In this document: positions 12,485-25,489 of the stretch, piece after piece
Layout of the letters: each line of letters opens with the position of its first letter
Numbering within the stretch: the first letter of the stretch is position 1
Assembly (NCBI GenBank): GCA_002633005.1
Contig: NMRA01000208.1
Location: forward strand, 103,504 to 167,503
Direction of reading: 5' to 3'
DNA: 64,000 nucleotides
Origin: Phoronis australis
Taxonomy: Eukaryota; Animalia; Phoronida
Position numbers and translations under genes: made by a program
The notes under the pieces: generated by a model
Database searches by the model: none
What the model saw: the letters and a program-made list of their open reading frames with translations, nothing else
Told to the model about the DNA's origin: nothing

Positions 12485-13460
12485 CTAGCTGTGTCGTCAT
12501 CTGATGATGTACTCTTTCAAGAACCGGTTCTTCAAGTGTATCTTCTTCTTCGCCCTGGCCTCCTCTCTTGCGTTCGGCTTCACCAACTTGTTCAACTCCC
12601 GTCTCCCCAGCTGTAGACCTACTCTGTTCTTCTGCTTCTATCCCTTTCAGTATATCTTCAATTCTGATTGCTTTTCTTATAGATTCGATCTCGCTTGGTA
12701 TTAAAGCTGAACTTCCTGTTATCTGAGATAACGTAGCCATGTCCAGGGCGTCCAAGAGTCTTTTGTTTTCCTCCAAGATCAGGTCAGTTTTGAGATCTTC
12801 ATAGGATATTTCCACTTCCTGTGGTGATTCACTAGTTATCTCTTCGCTTTCGCCATTGGCGTCGCCCCTTTTGTCATATTTTACCCTTTTTCTTACTTGA
12901 TAATCACCTCCATTATCGTCTACTTGGCCAATGCGAGATTCATCGGCTTCTTTTTCCCTGTCATCGGATCCTTCATCAGTCTTGAAGAGATCGTTTAATG
13001 CCTCATCGTCAGATGATTTCATACCGTCGTCCTCACCATCAATGGACGGACCAAAAACACCCTGGAGTTCATCATGATTTGCTGGAAGTTTTTCGGATTG
13101 ATCCTTTTCTGGATTTCTCATCTTTCGAATAATCTCTTCCAAGATGGCGCGGTAGGGAATGTTGTCGTCGTCCGGTATGTTTTCTGCACGAGTACTCGCC
13201 ATGTTGTTATTTGTCGTGTGTTCTTCTTGTGGGCCAAAAGGTCTGTTATACCATGTAATGTCCGAGGACGGATGCTCATAGGCGGAGTCGTAATAGGAAT
13301 TTCTGGCAGCCATTTGCCTCCGTTGTCTTTGAATGGACATCAGCGCCCTCCTCAACCCGTCATCGCTTTGGTTTTCAAGTCCGGATAGGTATTGTGACGG
13401 GAAACTACTTACTGCGGCTATGAGCAAAGATACACCGAGGACACGTCCGTTAATTTTCAT
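12485..13460 (-). CDS. Secreted acidic prohormone / granin-like neuroendocrine precursor (first coding exon)
   Basis: Acceptor ttctcttgtctcttattttag|gta is followed by a perfect Kozak GCCACCATG. Signal-peptide-like MKINGRVLGVSLLIAAVSS, furin-type RQRR, several KR/RKR/RK sites and D/E-rich spacers. A probable donor CTAG|GTAGGT lies at 12485/12484. Unspliced, the ORF stops at 12459 (333 aa). Confidence 0.8.
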
Positions 13461-13572
13461 GGTGGCTACCTAAAATAAGAGACAAGAGAATTATGGCGTA
13501 AAATGTGGATATGTGAATAGAAGAACAACGTTTTCCACATAATATATATACATATGCATATTCAGAAACATA

Positions 13573-13576
<4 letters not shown>

Positions 13577-13645
<69 letters not shown>
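13577..13645. repeat. (TG)34 microsatellite
   Basis: Pure tg run. Confidence 0.98.
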
Positions 13646-13648
<3 letters not shown>

Positions 13649-14040
13649 GGCGTGTCTTTTCTTAGCTCTGGTGGAAACAAACCTTCACACATATGTCTAT
13701 TCGTAACGAGACTTGTGTCGAACGTAAAAAATAACATTATTTGCTTCTGATTTCCCTTTTCATCACTGGTTTTCATGAATATAGCTAATCATTTCACTGT
13801 AAGTGCTTGTTCCTTGTAATTTAATTACGATGAATTGAAATACCAGTAACCACGATTACCTAGCTACACGTGCGTACCTTAATGAATTAATTTCGTGTCA
13901 CTGGACAATTATCAGGATTAGACCAGAGGTGCGTTTATGTGCAACCTTTGGCTTGTCTGTTCAATTAGAAAATGATGGGACATTTTTCGATAACCAAACT
14001 GAAGATCAAATGTGTTGATCATGATCAACCAGGTACTACA

Positions 14041-14522
14041 AGGGGTTCCTTCCACTCAATAGCTACAAGGGACGTGCCGCTCAGGCGGGTGATTTTTTCA
14101 CGATCGCTTTCCCCACAAAAGGATGCCTCGTCTGACTGAAATCCCCGAAAAAGAGTTCACGTTTTACGTTTTACCTCTAGATAAGAGTCCATTTTGCGAC
14201 ACAATCCCTCGAAAGGTCGCATATTTTATCAAAGTTTGTTGAGTTAAAACGAAAAAAGTTTATTCAAATTTCTCTCTTAAAGCAGCATTTGTGGCATTTA
14301 AATCCCCTATAAAAGGGTGGTTTGAAACTCTGTAAAAGGATATCATGCAAAAAAATTCAGTGAAAGGGTGCCTTTTTCATAAAGGCTCCCTACAATTGGA
14401 TCCCGCCTTTTAATCGTGATCAGTCTCTAAACGGTTGCGATTTCACCTTGCCGACATTCTATAAGGTTGGGTATCTAAACTTCCCAGCGGCACACCTCCT
14501 AAGAACCACTCTAGTTCCGCCC
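14041..14522. mobile_element. Non-autonomous DNA transposon / MITE-like element
   Basis: Subterminal inverted motifs gggacgtgccgct (about 14069) and agcggcacacc (about 14486), with internal AAAGGGT-type subrepeats. Confidence 0.45.
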
Positions 14523-15587
14523 TCTATACCTGTCTGCTTCATGCAAATGTTTCCAAGAAAGACCACCAGCTGACTCAAGGTTTTCTCGATATTTACAAAT
14601 AAGACAGCAATGAACTATAACGTCACATTACCTTTCCCAAAGTTGTCAAATCAGTAAGTTATTTACGACATGCGAGCAACAGTCACGACTCCTGCCACCT
14701 GAACTGCTATTACAAAGACTGCTCACAAGAAAATGAGTCGCGAAAACACGATTTCGTCCACACAGTCCTGATAATTATATCCTCGATAATAAAACACAGC
14801 CCACTGATATCGATTAATAATCGGTTGGCCGGTATAACATTTGCATTGTGTTGAACATACTGTACCGACTTGGCGTCATTGCTTAGGCTTCAGTCACGAA
14901 TTTCTCCGTATGGTAAACACGTTAACAGACAATCATTGTTCGCGGTAATGACTAGTGTTGTAAAGCGAAAGAAATTGTGATTTTAACTGAAGTCGACATT
15001 TTGGTTATCCGATGATAAATATTACACTACATTAATAATCGCGGATGAAGCTAAGGAAAAACATTATTCTGGCAACGTAAGAACAAAATACAATATATCG
15101 TTGGATATGGTCTCAACATGAAAAGAGGTAGCCCATCCACTCTTTCACATTGATACTAACCCTATCCATGCCCGTGGATATCGTTTTCTTTGAAAACACC
15201 CCCAGCATCAATTCAGCTATTTGATTGTTACAACACACATAACAACAGGCTGACAGCACGTTAATTACGTAGCTAAAAGTGCTGTCTCTTCGTGACGAGC
15301 AAAGGAAAGTAGCCATTTGCACTACAGTTAACCCCAAGTTAACCCCTTCTTTGGACTGTAGTGTTATTGGCTTATTGGATGTTGACAATGTACTTTGTTG
15401 CCTAAGCATGCTAACTGGTCTTCGTAGGGACTTGAAGACTGCTTTGACCTCCAATAACTCGTGTTAGGCTATTTTGATAGCGCGTACATTTATCTGACAC
15501 GTGTGTTTGCATCTTTTATTTTTATTTAGACAGAGATGATAAATGAAACTTTACCACGTACGAGTAGTAGAGCAATTACGACCTAGT

Positions 15588-15658
15588 AGCGGAACCATCA
15601 GTACGTGAGCGGAACCATCTGCACGTGAGCGGAACCATCTGCACGTGAGCAGAACCAT
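15588..15658. repeat. 20-bp tandem repeat (gcggaaccatctgcacgtga), about 3.5 units
   Basis: Direct inspection. Confidence 0.85.
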
Positions 15659-16507
15659 TAACATTCTCCATACAATATTTTGCTTAATTCGAGATGGTGC
15701 TTTCTTTCCAGTTGGTCATTTGCACACAGAAGACTTTGTGTTTACAGTCATTTGTATCACAACGAGAGTCCCCTCGTGAACATGCGTGAACTGGCCTTTC
15801 TGGTCTTAGGGTGGGTTAACAAAGCTAGTACAAGCTTGGATGATTTGACGGTGGTTAGTGAATGGTGCTGTTTTCATTGAAAATGGTTTCTATAATTATT
15901 TTCTTAGAGTTCAACAGTTACGCTTTTGTGAAAAACAGTTGCTTTAATTTCGTAATTTGTTCATTTCAACTTGAAACGACATTTACACATCATTTTGTTT
16001 CCTAATGGTCGATTAGCCTTAATCACAATCCTTACTCTCCCTAATGAGATCACCAATCTTCTTTAAACGTACATCTAAGCTCAGGGTTTCACTCAATGGA
16101 TGTTCAACCACGATATATGTATAATCTACATATATCTTCAATATACGTTATCTACTCATCCAGAATTTGTTCGTGTCTTACAGATTACTAAATAAATCTC
16201 CAGCCTTATTTTACGACTTGTCTGCAAGCGGTGTAGCTTGAACCTTCCTTTTGACATGATATTCGTGCACGAAAAAAGACTTTTGTACTCAGAATCGTAG
16301 TCAAAAACATCATCAAAGGCTTCCAAACACTCGTGTCACAGAAGACCTTCTCTGATCTCTGAAAAGAACCATTGTCACACAGACGAACCCTTGCTATTAT
16401 CCACAGAACACTTAGTAATATTTTCCTTAGTATACAAGCAACAACATCTACAACGACGCACAGACGCACGTCACGCACAATTGTTGTTTCCGTGATTCTT
16501 TGTGTTC

Positions 16508-17508
16508 GTCAAGAGCTGTTGTAGTGTGTGATAACTGTTTTATGGAGAGAGGTTAAAGGTTAAAGGTTAAAGGTTCCCCTTGGGTGACAAGGGCCCTGCT
16601 CTGTGGTGAATATGCTGCACCCCGTGAAAGAGTTCGATTCATCAGCCTGGTATTAGAAATTCCACTTGCCCATGCTTTGCATGGTGCGACACACAGATAA
16701 TAGTGATATGTATGAACAAAAATAAAGATCATCGCAAAGCGTGTGCATCCCAAATGGCAAACAAATAAGGGTTGTTCATTTTTTGAAAACTGCAACAGTA
16801 CTGAGTTGGATCTATCCGAAAGTCAACGTAAACCATGTTATTGTTAACAGGATGACACCAACCAAATTCTATGACGACCCTTTTAAAAAATTTGATAGAT
16901 GTTGAGGCAGTTGCAAAAAACAAATCTGCCACTAGAGAACGCAGCAGGATGGATTTGTTTGATTCTCAGCGTCTCCTGGGAACACATTTGTCAAATTTCT
17001 AAACGATCCTTCAGTGAGCTTGGTAGATACTGGGGCAGGCCCAAAAATAAAACTACCACCAGATGTCATAGCAGCAGTCAGACTTGTCCGAAAATCACCC
17101 GGCCATGCTCTCCTCACGAGAAACATCAAATTTCATGATGATCCTTCAAACTGTTTTCCAGATAAAAGAGCAGACGCCAAAACTGGCATCAAAATACTAA
17201 AATTGCTACCAGAGAGCTCAAAGCATGACTGAGCTGTCAGGAAATTGTTCGGTGACACCCCTGTCATGATATAAACCTATTAGAGGAACTTGGCAAATAT
17301 GAAATGCAAAATGTAAAATTGTCACTAGCACAGAAGTAGACGAATTTGTCCGACAGTCGTAATTACCATATTCATACGAACACAACTACAAAATTTAACT
17401 TAGACCATGTATGTGGCTTAGGAGCTACACTTGTGGACACCACATAGACCAACGCCAGACAGAGATGGTGGTACTACGCACCCACATTCCTGTGTGTGAG
17501 CATAAAAA
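16508..17508. mobile_element. Helentron/HINE-like non-autonomous element (decayed)
   Basis: Begins caagagct, carries AAATTTCATGA.GATCC and AAAATTGC(C/T)AC subrepeats shared with 42746-43760 and 50420-50870, and ends with a cagacag tract, a short imperfect palindrome and cataaaaa. The superfamily call is inference. Confidence 0.4.
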
Positions 17509-18905
17509 GAGACCTTTGCCTTGGTGGAAAATATGATATTCTGCCAAGAGAGCATAATATAACAATACGAATTCTGAAAGCCCTTACGACATGATATGAC
17601 GTAGTTTGCTTCGTTTCGCTATACCCGGCAGTTTTGCCCTCGCATGAGAAGTCATGCGATGTCCAGAACTTTTAATTAACTTCTGATTAGCAGTAGCACT
17701 TGGGTAAGGCTCTGACAAAGAAATTTACCGCGTTACTGTTTCGACTCTTATAAATCAAGCAATAGCCAGGGTTTGTCACACCAGTCAGTGGTCGTTACTT
17801 CTTGGCCGTTAAAGTCAGAACAAACATTGATCGATGATGTTTTGTCTCTAGTTACTAAAATCGAAGGTGTGAAGTCGGAATAACTGATCATTAGCGGAGA
17901 AGATCGATGAGCCTTACAATGCATTAGGCGGTCAAGCAGTCAGTCACCGGATGTGAGGCAACTTCTCATAGATATCTACTGATTGATGATTTGTAAATGA
18001 ACGTGAGTGAATGAGACATGTAACACAAACGGTATGATGTACGACTAGCTTATACGTTGAAGTCTAAACACTGTTTGCTTACATTGGATAAGGTGACAAA
18101 CAATGCGTACTCGTGTGGTTTACTCTCCATGCATAAATAATAGTCAATAATCAAATATCTATATTGTGATACTTGCGATTCTGTGCAGCAAACTCCGCCT
18201 AGCCGGGACTGTGTGATATACAATACCAGGAAGATATTACCAGGAAATGAAAAATGTTTTTACCTACAATGTTTGGAAGTTGACATTCATGAAAATCACA
18301 AATCATTCTATTTTCAGTCTTTCAAACTTGATCAAGGTTTCGTTGTGGAAACAGGAAGGCGCTACAAACTAGATCACTGGTCTCCTGTTTTCCGCCATTG
18401 CAATTGATGGTCAAGAGACCAAACGCCTTCTACCTATTATATCATTTGGCAGGAAAATTGGAAAATAACAAATTTTTCTTCAAAATGAAAAATTTCGCGA
18501 CTATTTGGCATAAAAAGTGCTTATGTAGGTAGATTTTATGGTATCCATTTCATATTTGCTGAAACCTCAAAGCTAAGAAAATGCATTGTGGGAAGTGTCC
18601 TTAAAAGGGAATTTTATTTTATTCCGAATAAATTTTGCATATTTTTTCTGTGTTTTTGATCACTTTCACTAATAATTTAACAGCAAAAAGTAAATAGACA
18701 TTTTTTCAAGAAACTCAAAAAATTGATTCAAATAGATCCATAATCGCCGATGGAAAGCCGACCCAAAAGAACGCATCACAATGTTAGCAGCTGCCGAATA
18801 ACGGCAGAACGCTAATTTTTCCAACACTGGTAAATAAGTTAGTTTACTCAAGGAAGAGAGTAGTTTTTAATGACACTAATTTTAAATCAGATTTTATTTG
18901 TCCAT

Positions 18906-18958
18906 TTTTTACTCACATTGGCGCAAAGCTGTATATTTAGTATGCAACTTTGCACCAA
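18906..18958. repeat. Diverged copy of the 2729-2795 hairpin
   Basis: tttttactcacattggcgcaaagctgtatatttagtatgcaactttgcaccaa. Confidence 0.8.
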
Positions 18959-20056
18959 GGCTAGCCGCTATGGCAACCGATGGTATGCAATGTCCCTCCC
19001 CTTAGGAGACACCTTTTTCGAAGAGTTCGAACAACCCGGTGTCATACAAAAGGCATGGCGCAATTTGGGCAAATGTGAGTTTTATTTGTATGTTAGAACC
19101 GGTTAACTGCTGCATTATTTTTACTACAGTTATTTTTAATGACAGCGTTTATCGCCTGTTGCGTAGAACTACATTATTCAAATAGTAGCACCCTAACCAG
19201 AAAACTGTTATATTCGGTAATCAGCTGGCGATAAAACACGTGTCGTGAAGATAAGCTATGGCTAAGTTCAAAGCCAATGAGAAAATACAAGAGATGGGTC
19301 GGTGGGCGAGAGCTAAGTTTCTCTGACGATCAAAATCTGCCACTGATTTGGCTCTTCAAGCTTAAAAATAAAATCAAAAGCTATCAACCCGCCAGTAAAA
19401 AAATAAAGTAGACTGGAGTATTAAAAATAAAATGACGAAAAGAGTTGTGAAACATATTTAAAATCAACGATCGTTTGGGAAATGGTCCTTTATCAAGATG
19501 AACTCAAGTTTTCGTTTTTAGTTATTTTAATATCTAAAATGTCAATAATCCGGTACTTTCGACATTTCAGGTTGTATCTCTGTGCAAATGTCAGAGAAAA
19601 CCAATTTCGGTGTATAAACAATTAACCATCACTACTGAGAAAGTATTACTAGCGATTACCTTGCCGCCTCATTACCTTGAAGCGCGTGCTGAAGGGTCAT
19701 TACAACAGTTGTCTGAGGGCAAACGGAATGAAATAGCACAAAACCAATACCAACATTTGAAGCATCGTACGAAATATTAGTTTGGTATGCGACTTGGATG
19801 TAGTAACAACTGTACATATTTCAAGCATTCCAATTAGGACTTCCTTGAATACGGTAAGTCAGGAAATGCGTAAAGTACTTCACATCGCTCGTGGAAATTC
19901 AATGTTCACCTCCTCGTGAACTAGACTCCACTCCGTCTTTTTGATCAAGCAGTATATTCAAAATGTTGCTGTTAGCAGTTACATCTAATTGTAATCGATG
20001 ACTTTCGAAACAGCCGGGCCACACTGAAATTCGCTATCTCTCCAGGTGGCGATCAG

Positions 20057-20304
20057 GGGCCCGTTCCAAGAAACTGACTTAAGTTCATTATTGACTTAAG
20101 TCTAAGATTTGTCTTAACTTCCAAACTTTGAAGCTTCCATATCTGGTAAATTCATCAAAATTAAGCCATAACGTACGTCAAACACTTAAATCAAGCTTAA
20201 CATCTCTTTCTTGAAATGATTTTGAGACAAATTGAACTTTTATTTTAAAATTTAGTAAAATTTAGGAATTGTCTTAGCTAAGTCAGTTTTGTTGGAACGG
20301 GCCC
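20057..20304. mobile_element. 248-bp MITE, PIF/Harbinger-like
   Basis: TIRs GGGCCCGTTCCAAGAAACTGACTTA / TAAGTCAGTTTTGTTGGAACGGGCCC with a 3-bp TSD CAG on both sides. A second full copy lies at 41573-41820, and related fragments at about 9355-9570 and about 20810-20910. Confidence 0.85.
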
Positions 20305-20319
20305 CAGGTCTTTTTGGAC

Positions 20320-20392
20320 CTCGCTGGTTCCCTTCATGTCCGCTAGGGGTAGAGTACTCTATCCCCTTGCGGACAAGCAGGGAACCATCGAG
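20320..20392. repeat. 73-bp imperfect palindrome with CTCGCTGGTTCCC termini
   Basis: ctcgctggttccct..gtccgctaggggtagag-ta-ctctatccccttgcggac..agggaaccatcgag. The termini are shared with the element at 57749-57955. Confidence 0.8.
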
Positions 20393-20480
20393 TTTGTGGT
20401 TAGGCGTTGGCAGTGCCACCTACGGATCACATGTAATGCGGACGTAAGGTTTCAACCAATGAGCTTTATAATAAAAAAAT

Positions 20481-20580
20481 AACTGCAGGCGGTCTGATAC
20501 ACGTTATACCAGACGTGCACAGGCCTCACATGTGGGCCCATTGCACTGATCACCTGGAAATATTTTTATGGTTTATTAAT
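20481..20580 (-). mobile_element. 3' fragment of a tRNA-derived SINE
   Basis: aactgcaggcggtctgatacacg..ccagacgtgcacagg..ccattgcactgatcacctggaa matches 40670-40750 and 61963-62060. Confidence 0.7.
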
Positions 20581-22654
20581 AAATGCTTAAAATGAGCTTT
20601 ATACATCTAGCTATATTTATTTCATTGGTTTCAATATTATAGCACTTTTCCCGGCTGCTTTATAATACCGGCAAATTTCCACTGCTGTATGATGAGATGT
20701 ACTAATGCCTTGCAAGAAAGGCAAGACAAACCTTTTGAACTACCAATGCACGAACAATGACATTTTGTGATCCATACATTTCCCAATTGCGAAGAGGAAA
20801 AGACAAGACTTCAATCTGACTTACGTTTTTGATTCAAGTTTTGTCTTAAATTTTACTAATTCACTAATTGAAAGTTGAGACAAATCTCAGACTTAAGTCA
20901 AAAAGGAATTTTGTTGGACTAGGTTCCTGTTCTTTTATATTGGCGATTGGTTTCTCTTTAGATTCATGAACTGTTTCTTTTGCAACCTTAGCTGTAAACC
21001 TTAATTTTATTTGGGTTATTCTTGAAAAAGGAAATAACTACTACTCCAGTAATTTTATACATACTTTATATACGCTTAGTGTAAAAATCATTTAAAGTAG
21101 ACTTAATGTTGACGTTTATTATTTTTTGAATTGATGATTGCGTCATAGTCATTATTTAATTCTAATTACGTATTCACTGCTTGCACGAATTCGCCATTGT
21201 GCTTAAAAACTGGAGACGCGATCTCCTGCAGCGTCACAAGAAATCAAGAATGTGTCAGCGTGTAGTGGTAACCGTTGCGTTTCGTCTTGTTTAACTGGCT
21301 AAAAAAAACGAAAATCGTGACAATGACATAACAACCTAACGGGAAATAATCAAGTCCTGCTCGAAGTCACAATCTGAAGTATGTTTCCCTGCACTTAATA
21401 TACGTTTGCTTTCTGTATAATGAATTGTTTAATTTCCGGTAGATCGTCGCCGAATGAATGCAGCCTGATGAAATCATAAACAAAGACAAAAAGACGACAT
21501 CGCGAAATGAAATATCTGACGTCGAAATTGTAAAATAGGCTTCCACTGTTGGTTTCTGTTCTCTAAGAGTGAAAAGCTAGCAAAAACCCGAACGCAAAGA
21601 AGTATAGTATACGGCAAAAATTGGTGTTATAAGAACTGTATGCGCTTTCAAATTTTCACTGGGGGACATTCAGTCAGTTTTATAGAGCCGACAGATAAAA
21701 CATGTAATAGATATAGATAAAACGAAGCGTTTGTTCAAACAAATTTTCTTCATTAAGATGTGATTGTAGAAATATCTACTCATGTCAAAGATAATAGGGC
21801 GAATTGTTAGAACACTGTGTTCCTTCCGTCTCAACAGCCATTATTGATTAGTGCACCGTCATTCGATTACTCTCTTTCATTATTTATGAAATTACGACTG
21901 ACGGAACCGCGTTTTTCACCACAAAATATAATGGGTTGTAACTGTAATGTACAGGATGCAGTTGGCGTCATTAAACACGTGCTTTCTGCCGCAAGACAAG
22001 TTTTTATTAAGATCACTTTCTGGTTTTAACTTCGTCCTTACTCTCACACAAAGAATTTTTTTCTGCTCGAGTCATGTTAACGTTATCTTATTTTGACAAA
22101 CCTTTCGAGATCTTTTATAGCATTTAATAACGCTAATGTCTTGCAAGCTTGGCCAAATCCGCTAGAGCGGATGACCGCTACTGACATCGACTGGACGGCT
22201 ACACCAGTATGGAGAATTGCGGGAGTAAACAGTACCAACATCCAGAACAGTCACGGATTCCATTGAATAAGCAGCGACACCCGGCGGCGCGCCGGTCCAG
22301 CGAGTGTCTTGCGAGTACCTAGCGTTATTAAACACAGCCCTGAATTCACCAATGACGAACTTAAATAGAAATTTAATTTAGTTACTTAGTGCATTTTGTT
22401 GTTTAAATGTGAGTTTATAAAATGTGCGTAATGTGAACAAGATGGACAGTTTCACAAAGGTAAGTAACACGTGACAACACGGACAGAGATTGTAATCCCT
22501 CGAAACTATGATTGACAGTGACAATGGTAATGATGAATGTGCAAACCATTCGCGTGGTTGTGAGGGGGTGGGATTAAAAACACGTCAGACGCAATCTGAA
22601 CAAAAAATCCAGATTTCTGATAAAAGCACTACAAACAGAGTTATGAAGACTTAC

Positions 22655-23050
22655 AATCCAGCAATGATCATTTAAGTGAAGCTACAATCGTAATTTAATG
22701 ACTATTTAACACCGACTCTTCATTGGGATTCACTAAGAGAATTCCAAGTCTAAAGTGAGAGAGGTTGCATTTATTGAAGAAGACAACATTATCTAGCTAT
22801 AATTTTCTTCTGAGAAAATCGTGACGACATCGTCTAAGCCCACTTCGTCTCCAAAGTGAATGCGTAGAAAAGCTTAAGAGGATCACTCTCTCTTCGTCCG
22901 TGGATGGGCATCTGTTATTCTTAACCGTCTCGTGGCATTTACGTTCACACTCGTAGCTCGTTACTGGGAGTATGCACCCAGTATGCACCCAGTATGTACC
23001 CAATATGCACCCAATAATTCTGAACGTGTCTCTGGCGACAACTTAAATAC
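22655..23050 (-). promoter_or_regulatory. Speculative promoter and non-coding first exon of the prohormone-like gene
   Basis: Minus-strand TATTTAA near 23043-23049 and a consensus GTAAGT donor at 22654. The coding exon needs an upstream donor, but this particular linkage is unproven. Contains an 11-bp repeat (tatgcacccag x4) at 22971-23015. Confidence 0.2.
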
Positions 23051-23781
23051 TGTCTAGGATTTAAGCTGTTTTTTCTTATATTGAAACTTTATATTGTTTT
23101 ACTTGTCGGTAAGAAAAAGGATTTACGCCCTTCTTTCCTGTAAAAACCCTTAGTTGTTTGTCCGTTCATTCTCGTGATGGGGGTCCCAGGTTGAGAGACA
23201 CCCAAATGGAGGAGGGTCGTACTTCCCCAAGCCTCTCACATGGTTGCGCGCATGATTTTTACCTAATATTCTCAAAGGCGAGACCTTATCGTCAATAGTC
23301 GTTTACATTGGAAAGTGTCTTAAAACAAGTTAAGAACTTGCTATTGCGCGGGAATCGATAAAATGAGGAAGGGTGATATTCACAAGCTGTAGTTATCCTC
23401 CAAATCTGAGTCAGACCTTGTTTAGCTATATTGACAAGAGCAGACGTAACATGTCCTTGAAAAGTCTTCAATCAAGCACGCAATGAAATTAAACAGACTG
23501 CGGATTTCCCAACGAAGGATATCCCATCGTTAAAAATCGATTCAGTCCACATTTTGCGCCAAAAGGTGCCTGACACGCAGCTCTCCCTGAGCATTTGCGC
23601 GCTCCCAAACAACCTGCTCTATTGACAGACCTGTGTGTCATTAGTTTGGAAGGGGAGATTCGACAAGGGCTGTTTAGGCGAAACTGTTTCTCTGAAATTC
23701 CACATTTGAGCTTTTTCAATTAAACTGTTCACTTCATTTTTAAGACCAGATTAAAAATGCGTTTAGACCAATATTAGTTTC

Positions 23782-25489
23782 TTTGGAACTTAAAAATGAT
23801 TGTGAGGGTCAACATCAGAATATTTAGAAATCGATAGGCCCATGGCCTTTGTTTGAAATTCTTTTAGTCTGTCGGCCTAAATTCGTTGTGTTTTCACCGT
23901 TTTTATGCGGTTTGCCAAAACTGACCGGTAAAACCCGGCAATTAAATCGTAGGTGACTCTTGCACAGTGTACGTTACCGTTTACACGTCCGTGTAGTTCG
24001 TGAGGCGATTATCCAAATCCGTGGACAGTCGTGTGATACTCTGTTTTCCAGTGTTCTGGTCTTGATATCAACATTGACCATGTCTCACTACGATGTCCAG
24101 AAGCAATGGGGTAGTCACAATTGAGAATGACGAAATGTACCCCTAGCCCCTAACACTGGTAGGCCAGGCCTCTTCAATCAAACTAAATGTGTCTTATCAA
24201 CGAAAAAATGAGTTCGAGAATACAGTTATTTCTGATCTTTGCTGGCGGCGTCGTTGTGCACAAAAATGACCGAAACAATAGAAAACATTGTTGATGGGAA
24301 CACGTGTTCTTTCAAAAAGGTTATGAACATAGTAAGAAAACTATTATCACTTAGTTCAGGAAGTGCGCGGTGAGGTCGCGCAGGTCTGCCTAAATAAGCG
24401 GGAATTCCATTACTTACTGGTAGTGATGGAGCAAAGACAGTAAAAGAGCAGGATAGAGTCCAGTTACATAGGACCTCGCTAAAAAACAAAACTTTGCTAG
24501 ATTACACAAGAGATTGCCGTCTATTTTGAATGAGAACACGTGATTTTGGCTAAATATTTCTAGCGGCGAGACAGCTACTGAACTCTNATTCAGTTTGTCT
24601 ATCCAATATTGTTCTCTTTTAAGTACCCCTCACAGACTTAAAAGAGTTGATCCATTCTTGTTGTTTTATTTACCGATTTATATTTGGAACTTAAAAATGA
24701 TTGTGAGGGTCAACATCAGAATATTTAGAAATCGATAGGCCCATGGCCTTTGTTTGAAATTCTTTTAGTTTGTCGGCCTAAATTCGTTGTGTTTTTACCG
24801 TTTTTATGCGGTTTGCCAAAACTGACCGGTAAAACCCGGCAATTAAATCGTATATGACTCTTGCACAGTGTCCGTTACCGTTTACACGTCCGTGTAGTTC
24901 GTGAGGCGATTATCCAAATCCGTGGACAGTCGTGTGATACTCTGTTTTACAGTGTTCTGGTCTTGATATCAACATTGACCATGTCTCACTACGATGTCTC
25001 CAGAAGCAATGGGGTAGTCACAATTGAGAATGACGAAATGTACCCCTAGCCCCTAACACTGGTAGGCCAGGCCTCTTAAATCAAACTAAATGTGTCTTAT
25101 CAACGAAAAAATGAGTTCGAGAATACAGTTATTTCTGATCTTTGCTGGCGGCGTCGTTGTGCACAAAAATGACCGAAACAATAGAAAACATTGTTGATGG
25201 GAACACGTGTTCTTTCAAAAAGGTTATGAACATAGTAAGAAAACTATTATCACTTAGTTCAGGAAGTGCGCGGTGAGGTCGCGCAGGTCTGCCTAAATAA
25301 GCGGGAATTCCATTACTTACTGGTAGTGATGGAGCAAAGACAGTAAAAGAGCAGGATAGAGTCCAGTTACATAGGACCTCGCTAAAAAACAAAACTTTGC
25401 TAGATTACACAAGAGATTGCCGTCTATTTTGAATGAGAACACGTGATTTTGGCTAAATATTTCTAGCGGCGAGACAGCTACTGAACTCT
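23782..25489. repeat. Direct duplication of about 805 bp (23782-24586 and 24683-25489) separated by an N
   Basis: Near-identical copies with a few SNPs and a 2-bp indel. Copy 1 ends at the N at 24587. Confidence 0.9.
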
